A DNA stretch of 64,000 nucleotides from Minutocellus sp. GHC0000111 (taxonomy: Eukaryota). Location: assembly GCA_977018835.1 (NCBI GenBank), contig OZ361259.1, positions 930,001 to 994,000 on the forward strand. Reading direction: 5' to 3'. The position numbers were made by a program, and so were the translations under genes. Below are positions 51,995-64,000 of the stretch, piece after piece. Numbering within the stretch: position 1 is the first letter of the stretch; every line of letters starts with the position of its first letter. The notes beneath the pieces are model-generated. The model saw only the letters and a program-made list of their open reading frames with translations, was not told where the DNA came from and did no database searches.

Positions 51995-53588
51995 TTACAA
52001 GCTGCCATTTTCTCTCAGTGTCGCCGGCATCCAAGAGCTAACATCATTTGCCGATGCACCGAAGTTTGTCTTAGCTTTCTTATCATTTCTTGCAGATTTC
52101 TTGTTGCTGCCTGGGCTTCTGCGCTTCTTTCCGGCGTAAACGACAACGTCGTCAGCATCGTCGCATTGACATTCAGCCCGAGTGTGGCCAAGCTGCTTGC
52201 ATTTCTGACACTGCTGGTCAATCTTCTTCTTGCGGCCAGGCTTTGCTGGTTTCGCCTTACCAGCAGCTAGGGCCCTGTTCTTCTTGCACACACAGTCCTT
52301 GTCGTCTTTCTCGCTTCTGTTTCGCAAGGCTGCTCGAAGGCGCTTGCTGTCGCTCTTGCTCTTTTTGCACTCATCGGTGCGCTTGCGCGCAAGGTCGCCC
52401 TCGAGCTTCCGGTCAATTGCATCGAATCCATCTTTTCGGGTAGGAGAGTCCCTCGATCCCAACTTTCCAAGAACTCGCTCATTGAACTCCGTGCCCAGTG
52501 ACTTGTGGCCAGCGGCTCTGCTTGTTGCATTTGGGTAGGCGTCTGAAGCAGTCAAATTCGGCCTTTTCCCCATCGTGAACTTCGTCACCATCCCGTTGAG
52601 CTGTTCGACGCCGGTGGCAGATTCCTTCTTGCAGTTGGAGTCGGCAGCATTCTTGTTGATTCTCTTGGTTGTTTCAAGCGTCATCTTGCGAGTCGTGTCG
52701 TCACTAATCTCCAATGTGTCGCCATCGAATTGATTCCCCGAGCTCCATTCCTCATCGAGCTTCCCATCACTCCAAGGCATTCTTTTCGGTCGGATGGACG
52801 ATGTCGGCCTTCGTGCAGAAATTCATGAAGCGACTTGCGTGCATGGCCTCATCTTCCGCTGCCTCCATCAGCTCCAAGTTCATTCCAGCCTGACTTCTAG
52901 AATGCTTTCTGCCGGGGCACACAACTTCTGACCTCTGGCCGATCCAAGTGCAAAAAGAAAAAGGTTGGTTGCATCTGTCGCATCGCCATTCAAATGCAAC
53001 GCCGAATCCACGCCGAACTGGCTCGGCCGAGAGACACAGATTGCCGCACGATCGGTGGAGACTCTGTGCGAAATCACACAGCTGCTTCATCTCAACCACA
53101 ACTCTTTTGCCGTTGAGCTGCACGCCGGTGATGTTGGGACGATCGGCAGCGTTGGCGGTGGGAGTGGATGACCGACCGCCCGAAGAGCTCTTGTCGGAGT
53201 GATGTTTCAGTGTCGCGTTGAGATGGGGCCCATGCTTTTCATCGTCCTGGAAGTGATTTTCAGGCATGGTCGGCAGTGATCGCTTGCCATTGCGTTGAGA
53301 GCGTGGGCTGGCGTTGTCGGCTATTCTGGAGAAGCGGTAGAAGGGCTTTGCAACGTCAAGGCCTGACATTTTCTCTGGACGTCGTCGTTGGATGTTGACC
53401 TCGTGTTGTGTTGGGACGTGTTGAAGAGATGATCGAACAAGAGAGATCTCTAAGCTCGGCGATGCGCCACCGCGCATCAAGATGCGGACAAGCTCATCAA
53501 CGGTGTAGTAAGCACATCTGACGTCGTCTGGGAATGAGAGCAAGAGTGAGAGGATTGCCTCCTTGGCGTTAGCACGTGATGTTTCCAT
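51995..53588 (-). pseudogene. Internally deleted/frameshifted transposase
   Basis: N-terminal CGNLC..GFGVAFEWRCDRC...MNLELM zinc-binding region and C-terminal CQKCKQLGHTRAEC knuckle; no recognisable DDE core between them. Confidence 0.55.
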
Positions 53589-54363
53589 GGTTGTTTTTTT
53601 GTTTTGTGTCGGTTCTGGCGCAAGACGTGCTTTTCGATGAGAACCTTACAAAAAGAACCCCAAATGAGGGAGACGTGCAAAAACACCCCAAACAAATATC
53701 CCCTTACCTCCCAACAGCAAAACTTCAAGATATCTTCCCACCAGCACCACCAATGCTGGTTGTGCGTCGGCCGAGACTAATTTCGGTCGATCCGACGATG
53801 ATGTGTGCGTCGACTGCTGTGTTTCTGAGGGAGAGTTGATTCATCGAAGTTCCTCTGAACCAAGTGTTCCTGGAGGGATTTCCGACTTAATGCTGAAAGG
53901 AACGTCGATGACTCTTCGCCACTGTGGAGAGCGGCGGCCTTCGATGAGGAGCCCATTGTCACGTTGGAGTGCTAACTTTGGCGATGGTGCGAAGAAAAAA
54001 CGGCACAAAACACGCATTTTGGGGGCTTCCTAAAAGTTATGGACAGCGCCCTCTTAAGCTGAATTAAGGCCTTAACAGCAAAACACAAGTAAAAACACAA
54101 GTAAAAAGCATCTTCTTCCTCCTTCCCCCCCCCTTCCCCCCTTCTCACTGTCCACCCCCCCTCCATCACCAAAAAATCGCCGCCAATTTTTACTTTTTGA
54201 TCAATTTGCAAATTCGACAATAATAATGCAGGACACTCCTCAATAGAAAGTTTCATTCGTATTCATGCAGCGAACCATCCAACACATGATTGTGTTGTTC
54301 GAGTCAAACCTCTTGCACCACATAGCTTCTAACCTCTAATTCAGACAAAAGAGAATATTCAAG

Positions 54364-55451
54364 ATGAAGATTAGTCAGCTTATCTTCCTCGGTGCCGTCT
54401 CGGTTCAAGGCGGCATCATACATGTATACGATGACGAATACTACACTGGAACTTGTCTCCAGCACTATTCCGGTGGTGTATCCTTAGAGTCCGATGGATC
54501 CTATCCCACCCTGCAAATGTTTGAGGGAATCTCTTGCCTTTCCTTGGCGAAGAAGATTTTGACCTTCAATGCTCAGAGCTTGTTGGTGATGATGGTATGC
54601 CCTTGGTGGACTTGACTTTGCTTGCTCAGTCCACCGAGGACTGCTTCAGTGGCAAGCCTCGTTATTATCGTAAGATCCGAAATGGGGGTGCAAAGGGTGG
54701 TAAGAACCGAACTCGTGCACATGGTCCATCCGACGGTGGTAAGAACCGAACTCGTGCACATGGTCCATCCGACGGTGGTAAAAACCGGACCCGCGCAACA
54801 AAATACGGACCAGTGTCGACAACCTTCGTTCCGAATTTTGCGAACCAGCACTGGAATCTTTTCCTCTCTCAATGGGAATGCTGCAAAATTTGGTGGAATT
54901 TTTTCCTTCAGTGTTGATCAGAACACTATGCAGACATCTGTGTAAGTATGCTCTACTTTCCCACCACGCCAGTTTCTTGCCTTTGCTTGTTTGCATTGCT
55001 GGTTCATGTTTCTCTACAGACATTTCTTTCCCGACTAGGCCCTGACCTGGCCTGTGCCTATTTATTTTACTTCGTTTCCCTTTTCCTCAGGACTATCGAG
55101 TTTCCTCGCTTCAACTCAGAAGAAGGCAGAACCGTTCTCTTCCTGAAGGGACAACAGTATCCAGATGGAAGCGGTGATACGTGTTCCTCCCTATCCATCG
55201 TTGGAGGAACCGGCTGCTTTCGAGGTGTTCCCAATAGTCAAGTAATCCTTCGCAGTGGTACCAAATTCCTCTTTGATGACCTGTACCAGCCCTCAGATGA
55301 TTTGGCCACAAAATTTGTACTCAACTTGTTTCCTCGTGAGATTCCCGAGCATTGTGACTGCATCGATGATGAAGATTCCGATTATGATTATTATGGTGGT
55401 GACTATTATGATTATTATGACTATTATGACTACCATGATTATTATCTATAA
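54364..55451 (+). pseudogene. Secreted dirigent/allene-oxide-cyclase-like barrel protein with Asp/Tyr tail; 5' part disrupted or splicing unresolved
   Basis: Signal peptide MKISQLIFLGAVSVQG; clean phase-2 intron 54942-55090; LSIVGGTGCFRG motif; stop or frame changes between 54535 and 54850. Confidence 0.5.
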
Positions 55452-57039
55452 GAGAGCAATCTTCTTAGTTACTGTTCCTCACTCTTTGTGAAAGTTGATT
55501 GCCATGATCACCCAATTAAAAATTGAGACATCTTGCATTGCCTACATCCTTATGCTAAAACTAGAACGACCGGAGATCATGCAACCCCAGAGCGAAGCTC
55601 CAAATGCAGGTGTTCGAGCCTTCTATGTCGTCCCTGCTCATGAAGGACCGTTAAGGCTGTTTTTGCATCCACCGATCCTCTTCCCCCGGCGCCCTGGCAG
55701 TGTTAAGTTTGAGCTAGTTCAAAAGCCCTGTGTTGACCGATATTTTTGTAGTTAGCCGGTTGGCCTCGCGCCGAGAGACTTGAGTCCTTAACTGTCCACC
55801 AATCAGTGACATCCCAGCTTCAAGGAAATGTGACTCCAGTCGCATAGATGGAGACACCACTCACAAAAGTAACCACATGCATGTCCACTTCACCACACAT
55901 GTGTTCACCTTCGTGTTTGGGCGTCCAGCCTGTAATCAACATCTCCCACAGGTTCATCCTACCTAGCCGGGTGGCTTTCCTTTCCGGTTCCGAGGTGGCT
56001 TCGTGGCCTCCCAGAGGCGGTGCACCATGCACTACATGGCAGGTCTTCCACTGTAGCCTACTGATCCCCTCTGCGACGCACTAAGCAAAGGGACAAGTGC
56101 AAGCTGACGAGGGTCAATGGAATAGCAACCCACCTTCCTACCTCCCCGTTGCGTTCAATAGCCAGCCGATGTGTCCTTGCTTCAACAGGTTTGCTAGGAG
56201 GCGGCTAAAGCTTGTCAGGCTAAATCAACAGAGACGATGGATGTGTCCAAAAAAAGGACTGCAACCCCGCCATTTTGGTCGGGAAAAAGCTCGGAAGGTT
56301 AGCTTCGCAGGAACCTCCTCGTAGTTGGGGCAGAGCCATAACCTGCGTGTCCGCAGAGGAATTTCAACCTCACGTCGTCGAGGAGTTTCAACCTCGTGTC
56401 TCAAAAAAAGAAAAAAAGGACTCGGGGCGCCATTTTGGCTGGCCATTTTGGCCGATGCAGGCAGGACCGGGTCGGTGTTGAAAGCTTGATGCCGTGATGA
56501 TCGATGTGCAGTGATGAAATCTTGCTCTCCTCTTTGGTGGGTGGGTGGAATTCCACACCACGAGCGGAACATTGAGCAGAACGTTGCGGTGATTCGCTTG
56601 TCCACTTCCTTGCGCCACAAGCTCGCTGTGATGCACCACAATGGAAAAGTTGACTCTGCTTTTCCATTGCAGTTTGAGAATGCAGGAGCATCTCTTGCAC
56701 ACGCAAATACGCAGCGTGCACCACAAATGAGGTTTGGTTAGACTTTCATTCGGTCATTGGATTGGGCATGGAAACTTCCGGACGAGTTGTTAGTTCGCCG
56801 AAAGTGGAGTTCGGTTCAGAAATTAATTTTGCTAGAGAAAGCTAGTGGCAAATGTTCTGACGCACCCCCTTTCAAGTGTTCGAAAGTGAGGTCACCAACA
56901 TTTCTGTCTCACTCCTTCAAACATGATTTTTAGTACATTTTTGAGCGCTTCTCGGCGTGTTCTTTCAATTTTTCTGCAGCACCTAACCCCAAGTGTCAAA
57001 CAGATCGATCCATGTTTTACCAAAGAAACCCCGTTCAAT

Positions 57040-57307
57040 TTCTGTCATTTCCACTAAAAGAATTGCTCGAATTAGCTCATTGCGGGCTCAGGACAAGACA
57101 AAACCCGGCACTATCAGTAGTAATGAAATGGACACACATGCTGATACTTGCGTTGCCGGTAAAAATTGGGCTGTTGTCTGAGAATCAGTTGCAGCTAAGA
57201 TTGTGGTGGTTGGAAAGGAAGACAGTCAGACGAATCTAGCTGATTTGCTTGCCAAGGTTTTGACAGCTGAAAGGAGAAATTATTTGTGTGGTTTCATTTT
57301 TCGTTAA
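57040..57307 (+). mobile_element. Internally deleted Ty1/copia (CoDi-type) remnant: protease motif fused to RNase H end
   Basis: EMDTHADTCVAGKN followed in frame by V*ESVAAKIVVVGKEDSQTNLADLLAKVL (TGA probably from CGA). Confidence 0.8.
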
Positions 57308-58259
57308 ATATTTTACATGTGGATGTCCCGACAAGCAGCTGTCAGTTTTCTGGTTGCGTGACACTGGTTTTAACCAGGCTCTGTACAAAGTCACTCCTAG
57401 TTCATCTAGGTCCGTGCAGGACACACTGTTGGATGAGTCGAATCAATCCATGTTGTTGATGGAATCAATTCGCGGGGACCGAGTAAATCCTGTCGACGTA
57501 TTCCCATCAGTAAGAACGAACATCAATAACATAAACAGAATCCGCAATTGTGAACATTGTATTTGGTTCTAACTTTTCATTATGATAGATAGATTTAAGC
57601 TGACTACATTTAGCAGGACGACACCACCACCACCACCACCACCACTGTCGACGTATGTGTGTACGTAGCAGACCGTAGTACGTAGTCCGAAGAGTAGTGA
57701 GTTATAATTTGATGTTTCAAGTCTTTCCAACTGGTTTAGTCCTTATCGAGTTACGAAGGTCAATTCCACTATCGTCGGAATTGACTCGCACAGAGTGGAC
57801 AAGAAACTGGAATGCCGTCTCCAAGAATTGGCCAGTGGTTGGAAGCTAGATGGCACGGGCCTGGGCAGAAACGACATGGGATAACGGGATAACAAAAAGT
57901 AGGAGATAGAAGGATGCCGTGAAAATTAATCGGTGAACCACGATGAAGTCAGAACACTGTTGAGTGAGTGAAATTGAGCACGAACACGACAGAAAAAAGT
58001 GCTAGGTTCCCCTTTTGATCGACATACCCGTCGAGTTCACTTGTGGTTAGCTGGGCGAGCACTTGTTGCTCCTTCCTGCAGACAATTATCCGTAGGACCT
58101 CGGAAACGGCCCGGCGGCACCCGAATGCTCGATAGAATGCCAAAAGGATAGAATGCTATAAGGACAAAGTGTTGCAAGTATTCCATTACCTTGCCAATTA
58201 CGCTCAATCGTAACATCTTTTTTAGGTGACTATCGAGCTATGGAAAAATGCTGTGTCCT

Positions 58260-58679
58260 AATATTCCCCTCAAGTCCCTTTATCCATCTTGGAGGTGATG
58301 AGATGAAGTTGAAAAATGCTGTGTCCTAATTTTTGCTTGGTTTTGAAGCACGAGGTGGCCAATCAGCTGCATGCTCAGCAGCCTGGCCTCATAACCCCAA
58401 TATTCCCCTCAAGTCCCTTTATCCATCTTGGAGGTGATGAGATGAAGTTGAAAAATGCTGTGTCCTAATTTTTGCTTGGTTTTGAAGCACGAGGTGGCCA
58501 ATCAGCTGCATGCTCAGCAGCCTGGCCTCATAACCCCAATATTCCCCTCAAGTCCCTTTATCCATCTTGGAGGTGATGAGATGAAGTTGAAAAATGCTGT
58601 GTCCTAATTTTCGCTTGGTATTGAAGCACGAGGTGGCCAATCAGCTGCATGCTCAGCAGCCTGGCCTCATAACCCCAAT
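58260..58679. repeat. 139-bp tandem repeat x3
   Basis: atattcccctcaagtccc at 58261, 58400 and 58539. Confidence 0.95.
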
Positions 58680-59645
58680 GTGGTTTCAAGTCGCCAACAA
58701 TTCGATTCAAACCATGAGAGCGTGAAGACACTGCTGCACCAAAGTTGGCGAGTCCCATGTGTTGCGGAGCAGTTGAAGCAAACCATCTTTCTGCTGTCTG
58801 GATCAAACTCAGTGTTTTCTGTCGCATGTCCAGATTGGACTGTTCGTGTGCGGTAAGGCCATGTGTCTTCCACACAATGAAAAGAGTGACGGGTTTGAAA
58901 TCTCATTCAATGCATGCAAGAGTTCAATCAAATACTTTTCTGGGGTCTCCGACGTGTCTGATGAACGACAGTCTCTGGGCCTCACAACTTCCCATATCCT
59001 CCAAGATAAAATCAAAACGCTGTACTCTTCTTCTAACGTGCGGGTCAAATTGAAAAGCAGAGGAGAAATCCCCCTCAAACAGGGCAGGTCATTGAAGAGG
59101 TCGAACTTTCCCCTAACGTTTGGTGAAGCGGTGCAATTGGATCCAAAGACTTGACCGGAATCAACTAAAATATCACACCAATTTCGCAACGGACAGTACC
59201 TCTCATGGCATGGTGTTCGACTTCCCTTGCCTTTATTAATGTGTTGTTCAAGCTGAATAACATCAACATTAATACTGTTACTGGATAGTATTGCATACAT
59301 GGTGTGGTAATCTTGTCAAGCAGTTGAGTCTCCCCACCAAACTGTATTTTCTTTCAAAAAAATAGGTTGCAACCTTTCTAGTGACAATTGTTCAATGCCG
59401 GAAGGAGGAAACCAGAAATTCCAATCCAGGTGTACTTCCATGAAGTCGTAGTCGTGGGAAGCGGTTTCCTCCTTTGATTTGTTTCGACACTCAGCATGAA
59501 ATACTTTTCTCTTGCGTGTGACATGGCATGAAAACAACGAAAAAATATGATTGACCAGAACACAGCCCGATGTCCAAAAAAGGGGTTTGTGAGGTAACTC
59601 ATTCTTCAGCAAATGCGAATGGGTGGTTGAGAGCAAAGATTCCAT
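58558..59645 (-). pseudogene. Degraded SGNH/PC-esterase-like gene
   Basis: ENTVWWGDSTA*QDYHTMYAIL: GDS motif with an in-frame TGA (likely from CGA); further frame breaks downstream. Confidence 0.45.
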
Positions 59646-60423
59646 TAGATCAGATGAAGTTAGTCTTCCTCAATAGTTCTGGATGAGCACACACAAGATC
59701 TACCGGAAGAGGTACAGATCCTGAGTTGCGATTCAAATTCGACTACAACGGAAACAACATTGCACGAAGCTGTGAATTTGTAGGTCGCATCGAAAACAAG
59801 GTAAGCGGTCGATCCCGGCACAAAAAAGAGAAAATGATGCGGTCATGTTGCAACATCAAGAACACCGGTTTCCGCTGCGTCAACGCTCAACCAACCGATG
59901 AAATACCTCCTTATGTATCCAGAGCGAGATGGCAATGCACCAGGGATGATGATGGTCATCGCATTGAATGAATAGTGGGACATCGTCTTCTTTGTGTGCA
60001 AAACATTGGTGAAATTAAGAACCTCTTTCATCTTTGATGCAACACAGTGTCAAGAAGGACTATATGTGAGATAAACCCCATTTAGTATTATGATATAACG
60101 GTGTGACATGCTGCTCTTGGTGGCCTGAATTTTGTAAACTATTGCAAGAAGTTTGCCATCATCGGGAACCACATGGAGTTTGGAGGTCATCCAAGTGTGG
60201 AAATCCTCCGCAATGCTGTCTGCTTTGTAGTCAATAGGTGGTCTGATAGCTTAAATCATTTGATTTGGTCTAACTATAAAATCTGCCCTTCAAAACGATG
60301 TGCTTGGACAGGCCGGAAAATTTGCATGAATTTCTTCTGAATGACGCCCACAAAGAAATAAGCTACGTATTTGCGGAATGTCTCCATCCACTCTATGACC
60401 CCTGGGGACGGCCGATATCTCAG

Positions 60424-60516
60424 CTCCGGCTGTTGTACTGTCTGGCGTTAGGGTTAGGGTTAGGTAGGGCCCGGCTGTTGTACTGTCTGGCGTTAGGGTT
60501 AGGGTTAGGTAGGGCC
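60424..60516. repeat. 46-bp duplication, each copy carrying a short TTAGGG tract
   Basis: ccggctgttgtactgtctggcgttagggttagggttaggtagggc occurs twice. Confidence 0.9.
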
Positions 60517-60682
60517 CAGAACCGGTTTCGGCCCCAATTTTGGCCTCCTGAAAATAGCTGCTCAGGAATGGCTGACGAAAAGTAGATCGTAGACAAATTC
60601 ATGTAAGCTATCTATCCAACCTCAAAACCTTCTCTTTAGATGTTGGCGATTCCGTACAAGTAGAACCGGTCGTATATGTATC

Positions 60683-61969
60683 ATGGCATTTTTAAAGGGA
60701 AAAATCAAGTATGTGTTCATCCTCACTGCGAACGTTGTTTGCTTTTTCATCATTCGGAATTCCTTCTTTATTCTTTCCCAATCGAGTATTGATGATCTGT
60801 ACACAAGCGTCACGAGGAACAATGAGAAGGAATCGGGACGTTCTTGTACTAGTATGTCATACAAGACAAATGAAACAGCTAAGCCCTTCTCTTCGTCAAA
60901 AGAGGAATCAAAACTGCTGCTGGCAGATCCAGAATACTACAACACCGTCGAGCATCGTGGTGGTTGGAAATCTGTAATATCGTTCCTAAAGTCTTCGAAG
61001 GTCATTGCGGTAGAAGCCAAGGAAGTTTTTAACGAAACAAGTATTTTGCTGGTTGATGTCATTGAAAGATGGTTTATATGGAAAAAGAAAGGAACAATAA
61101 CTCATCCCTGGATTGGAATTTGTCATTTCCCTTTGGACATACCAGAAGACTTAGAGAAAAAGCTACCAGATTGGCTTAAACTCGATCACCTCAGATTCAC
61201 AATTGAAGATCCGTCCTTCCTTTCAAGCCTTCCATACTGTGTCGGAATAGTAGTCCTGTCTGATGACCTGGCTGACGGCAGGCTTCAGAAAATAATCCAT
61301 CAGAAAGGATATACAAACCATATCAACATTTGTTCCTTGTACCATCCCATTGGAGTGGAGCAAACGGCTCGCTTGTACAATTCCAGCACGGACACAGAAC
61401 ATCAAATTTCGAGCTCCGGCAAGATCGTCTTCCTTGGACAACAACTCCGCCGCCTTTCAACTAGTCATCGTCTCAAGACAACAAGGGAAAAAATTTGGCT
61501 TCCTGGCACACAGAGTGAAGGAAATCTAAAGAGGCTCAACAGTGTTCTTGAAATTGAATTAACGTTAGGGCCGTGGGCACATGACGAATCTGTCAAGGTT
61601 GCTTACACCAATTCCTTTGAAGAGTATGACAGTCTTGTGAAGACCAACATTGTAGTTATTGATTTATGGGCCGCTACAGCAAACAATGCAGTGCTAGAAG
61701 CAATTGCACTAAATGCCCCATTCTTTGTTAGAAAGCTGCCAAGTACTATTCAATACATCGGAGAGAATTATCCTTTACTCTTTTCGAGTTTTGAAGAGTT
61801 ACAACAAATGATCAAAAATGAACATCAGTTGAAGAGTCTCCTTCTTTCTGGGCATATTTACTTGAAACACATGGATAAATCAAAGCTTTCTTTGGAATAT
61901 TTTGGGAGCACACTGAAGCAATGTGCGGCAAATGGCATCAACGAGAGACAGGTGAAATTGCACCATTGA
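60683..61969 (+). CDS. Type II membrane glycosyltransferase-like protein (GT-B-like C-terminus), 428 aa, intronless
   Basis: N-terminal TM anchor and stem, then EHRGGW, WIGICH, IVFLGQQLRR and NIVVIDLWAATANNAVLEAIALNAPFFV...QYIGENYPL. Confidence 0.7.
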   Translation: MAFLKGKIKYVFILTANVVCFFIIRNSFFILSQSSIDDLYTSVTRNNEKESGRSCTSMSYKTNETAKPFSSSKEESKLLLADPEYYNTVEHRGGWKSVISFLKSSKVIAVEAKEVFNETSILLVDVIERWFIWKKKGTITHPWIGICHFPLDIPEDLEKKLPDWLKLDHLRFTIEDPSFLSSLPYCVGIVVLSDDLADGRLQKIIHQKGYTNHINICSLYHPIGVEQTARLYNSSTDTEHQISSSGKIVFLGQQLRRLSTSHRLKTTREKIWLPGTQSEGNLKRLNSVLEIELTLGPWAHDESVKVAYTNSFEEYDSLVKTNIVVIDLWAATANNAVLEAIALNAPFFVRKLPSTIQYIGENYPLLFSSFEELQQMIKNEHQLKSLLLSGHIYLKHMDKSKLSLEYFGSTLKQCAANGINERQVKLHH

Positions 61970-64000
61970 TGCCTACCTGAGCAAATGGCTTTAATGTTGG
62001 GCTTTGAAGCAAAGCAGTTTGAGCATTTCTATTTCTCTGCTCAGAATTCCATCAGGTTGCTTTGCTCAAATCGGTTGAGCACAAAATCCGGTTGAAATTA
62101 GCATGGTTTTGCAACGAAGTGGTGGTGGTGGTGTCGTCCCGCTAAGTATAGCTTAAGTCTATCTAATAGAACCCTATTTGAAAATAGGTAGCCGCACTTG
62201 CATTAGCAAGAGCACACATCATAATTTCATATAAACATAAAAAGATTGTAAATCACATGGCATCAATAGGACCAACTCACAAGTCTCGATCTCTCCAAGC
62301 ATCATCAGGATTGTTGGCTGGAACAAATCCTTCGAAAGTAGCTGCCAGATTAAGTCTGGCTGACCTGCTCCTCGTAGTTCTTCTCAGTATGGGTACTTGT
62401 GTGTCTTCGTCGACGGATGCTATTACTGCAGCTACTGTAGCATTAGTAAGAGCATTTATCATCGGAGACATGGTGGCACGCTCAATGCTCTGAGTCGAAC
62501 AGGGAGACAGTTCGTTGACAGCTACTTCAACATCTTCAGCAGTAAACGGGTCTGTGATGATGTTATTGTTGTCGGTGAGGAGGGAGCATTGGACATAGGT
62601 AGGTCCATGACGAAAGTTGCAGCTATCACAAAAGGGCGGTTGGCTCAACGGTGATAGGCACGGTGGGCCAACACAATCTGCACATTGACAGTTGCCGCAA
62701 ACTGTAGAGGGCCTAGAGCGCTGCCGCCGACTCTTTTCACGGAAAAATGAGGTGTGTGCAACAGATTGCACTAGATAACAAGGAATAGGCATATGCTTAT
62801 CATGAGTTTGTGCATTGTGATAGCTTGATGTGCATTGACTAGGTGGCGGAGCTCCCTGGTCCCTCTCATGCCTCCCACCCTTCGCCTGAGGACATCTCAG
62901 GCAAAGGGAGATCTCTTTTTTTGTTCTTTTCTTTCTCCTTTTCCCTTTTCGTTATCAAATTACAGGCAGTCCGAGATTATCTTCCAAATGACAATAAAAA
63001 GAAACTGTCTTTCCGTTGCAAGAACGTCGGCGCTCCCAGCCTCACATTTTTGGGAGAAAGATGGCGGCAAGAGCGACGACCATAAGTAGACCGAAGGGAT
63101 GACCCGAGCGACAACAGCCCTCGACAAATCAAGAAGCGAGGGCATAAAAGTGGATTCTAGTTGTTGTGCAGGATTGCGGAGATCAATCGGAACGAAGGGG
63201 ATGCACGAATGAAAACTGCACAGCCGCAGAGCTGTTTGTGACAGGATGGTGCATGACAAACGAACAAATTCCTCGAAAGAGAAACCACAAAAAGAGCTGA
63301 CTTAGTTCCCATCGACCCAGGCCTGAATGCGACGGTGCACTTCTACGGCGACACCAATGTCAAACAAAGATGGCTCTGCCTCCGTCCTCTCCGACAAGAC
63401 TGCCTGCCACGTTGCTTCAATCGCTCCTGCCAAACGGCGCCTCTGGACCAAGGACATCATCGAGCCATGCCAGTTCGAGCTGCCAACTGGAAACGTGACC
63501 TTCGAACCAGAAGAAGAGTGGAAGCAACACGCTTCTCTCACCCGCCCGGCCTGCGCAGGATGACCGGTCCACCTCCCCCACACAACCGCAACCACGCAAC
63601 CCCATCCTGCTGTCATCACTCCTTGTAACCCAAAATCTCAGCAATTGCCTCAGTCTCAGACATTTTGCATCCTTTCACTTTGCCCTGTCGAGCCTCCTTC
63701 TTTTCCACTTGCTCCTTCGCTCGTTTGTTTCGAGAGATTTTCGCATTGATGATCTCCCCGTCCTGAACTCGAAAGACCCCCTGCGACGCAAATTCAACTT
63801 GAGCGGCAGTTTTCTCATCCATCTTCATCACGTGCTTTGCCACGTGCCTCGCAGTAGCACGTGGAAATCATTGGCCCTCTCAATTAAAAAAATACCAATG
63901 ACCCCCAAAAAAGTTTGCATGGCTGCACCATGTCAAACGAGCACATCACGTGTCGGCACAGATGCGTCGATTCTCGCTTGCCTCAAAATGAAACATGTCG

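Larger units (their letters stand above)
50575..54053. mobile_element. Kolobok-like DNA transposon (3479 bp, defective)
   Basis: Perfect 17-bp TIR GAGGGCGCTGTCCATAA (50575-50591; 54037-54053) flanked by TTAA on both sides; purine-purine termini; two convergent genes. Confidence 0.85.

Noticed and set aside
50575..54053. piggyBac assignment based on TTAA
   Set aside because: Termini begin GA rather than CC, and the two convergent genes fit Kolobok better.
62257..64000. Several short ORFs at the right end
   Set aside because: No recognisable motifs; probably degraded repeats.

Overview
Eukaryotic genomic DNA, most likely from a diatom. This rests on GT-AG introns, CoDi-type copia remnants, RXL-propeptide/Lys-Ser-rich secreted proteins and TTAGGG motifs. 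Bases 1-36.3 kb are a head-to-tail array of one minus-strand gene. The only complete copy (33875-36747, 3 exons, 847 aa by my splicing) encodes an unusual cytochrome P450: signal peptide, RDL propeptide, silaffin-like K/S/G modules, an I-helix lacking the acid-Thr pair, ExxR, FGLGYRRCPA and a Ser/Pro-rich tail. Sixteen 5'-truncated copies of three junction types (A, B, C) follow it. The A and B breakpoints lie in, or exactly at the CTAG end of, a 233-bp Helitron-like element that also occurs alone at 43386-43618. The remaining 27 kb holds a secreted mucin/silaffin-like gene sharing modules with the P450, an HMG-box ORF, a TTAA-flanked Kolobok-like transposon, a disrupted dirigent-like secreted gene, a glycosyltransferase-like gene, LINE and copia fragments, and CpG-decayed pseudogenes. 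No rRNA, tRNA or CRISPR array was recognised. All family assignments are from motif reading by eye, not database searches.
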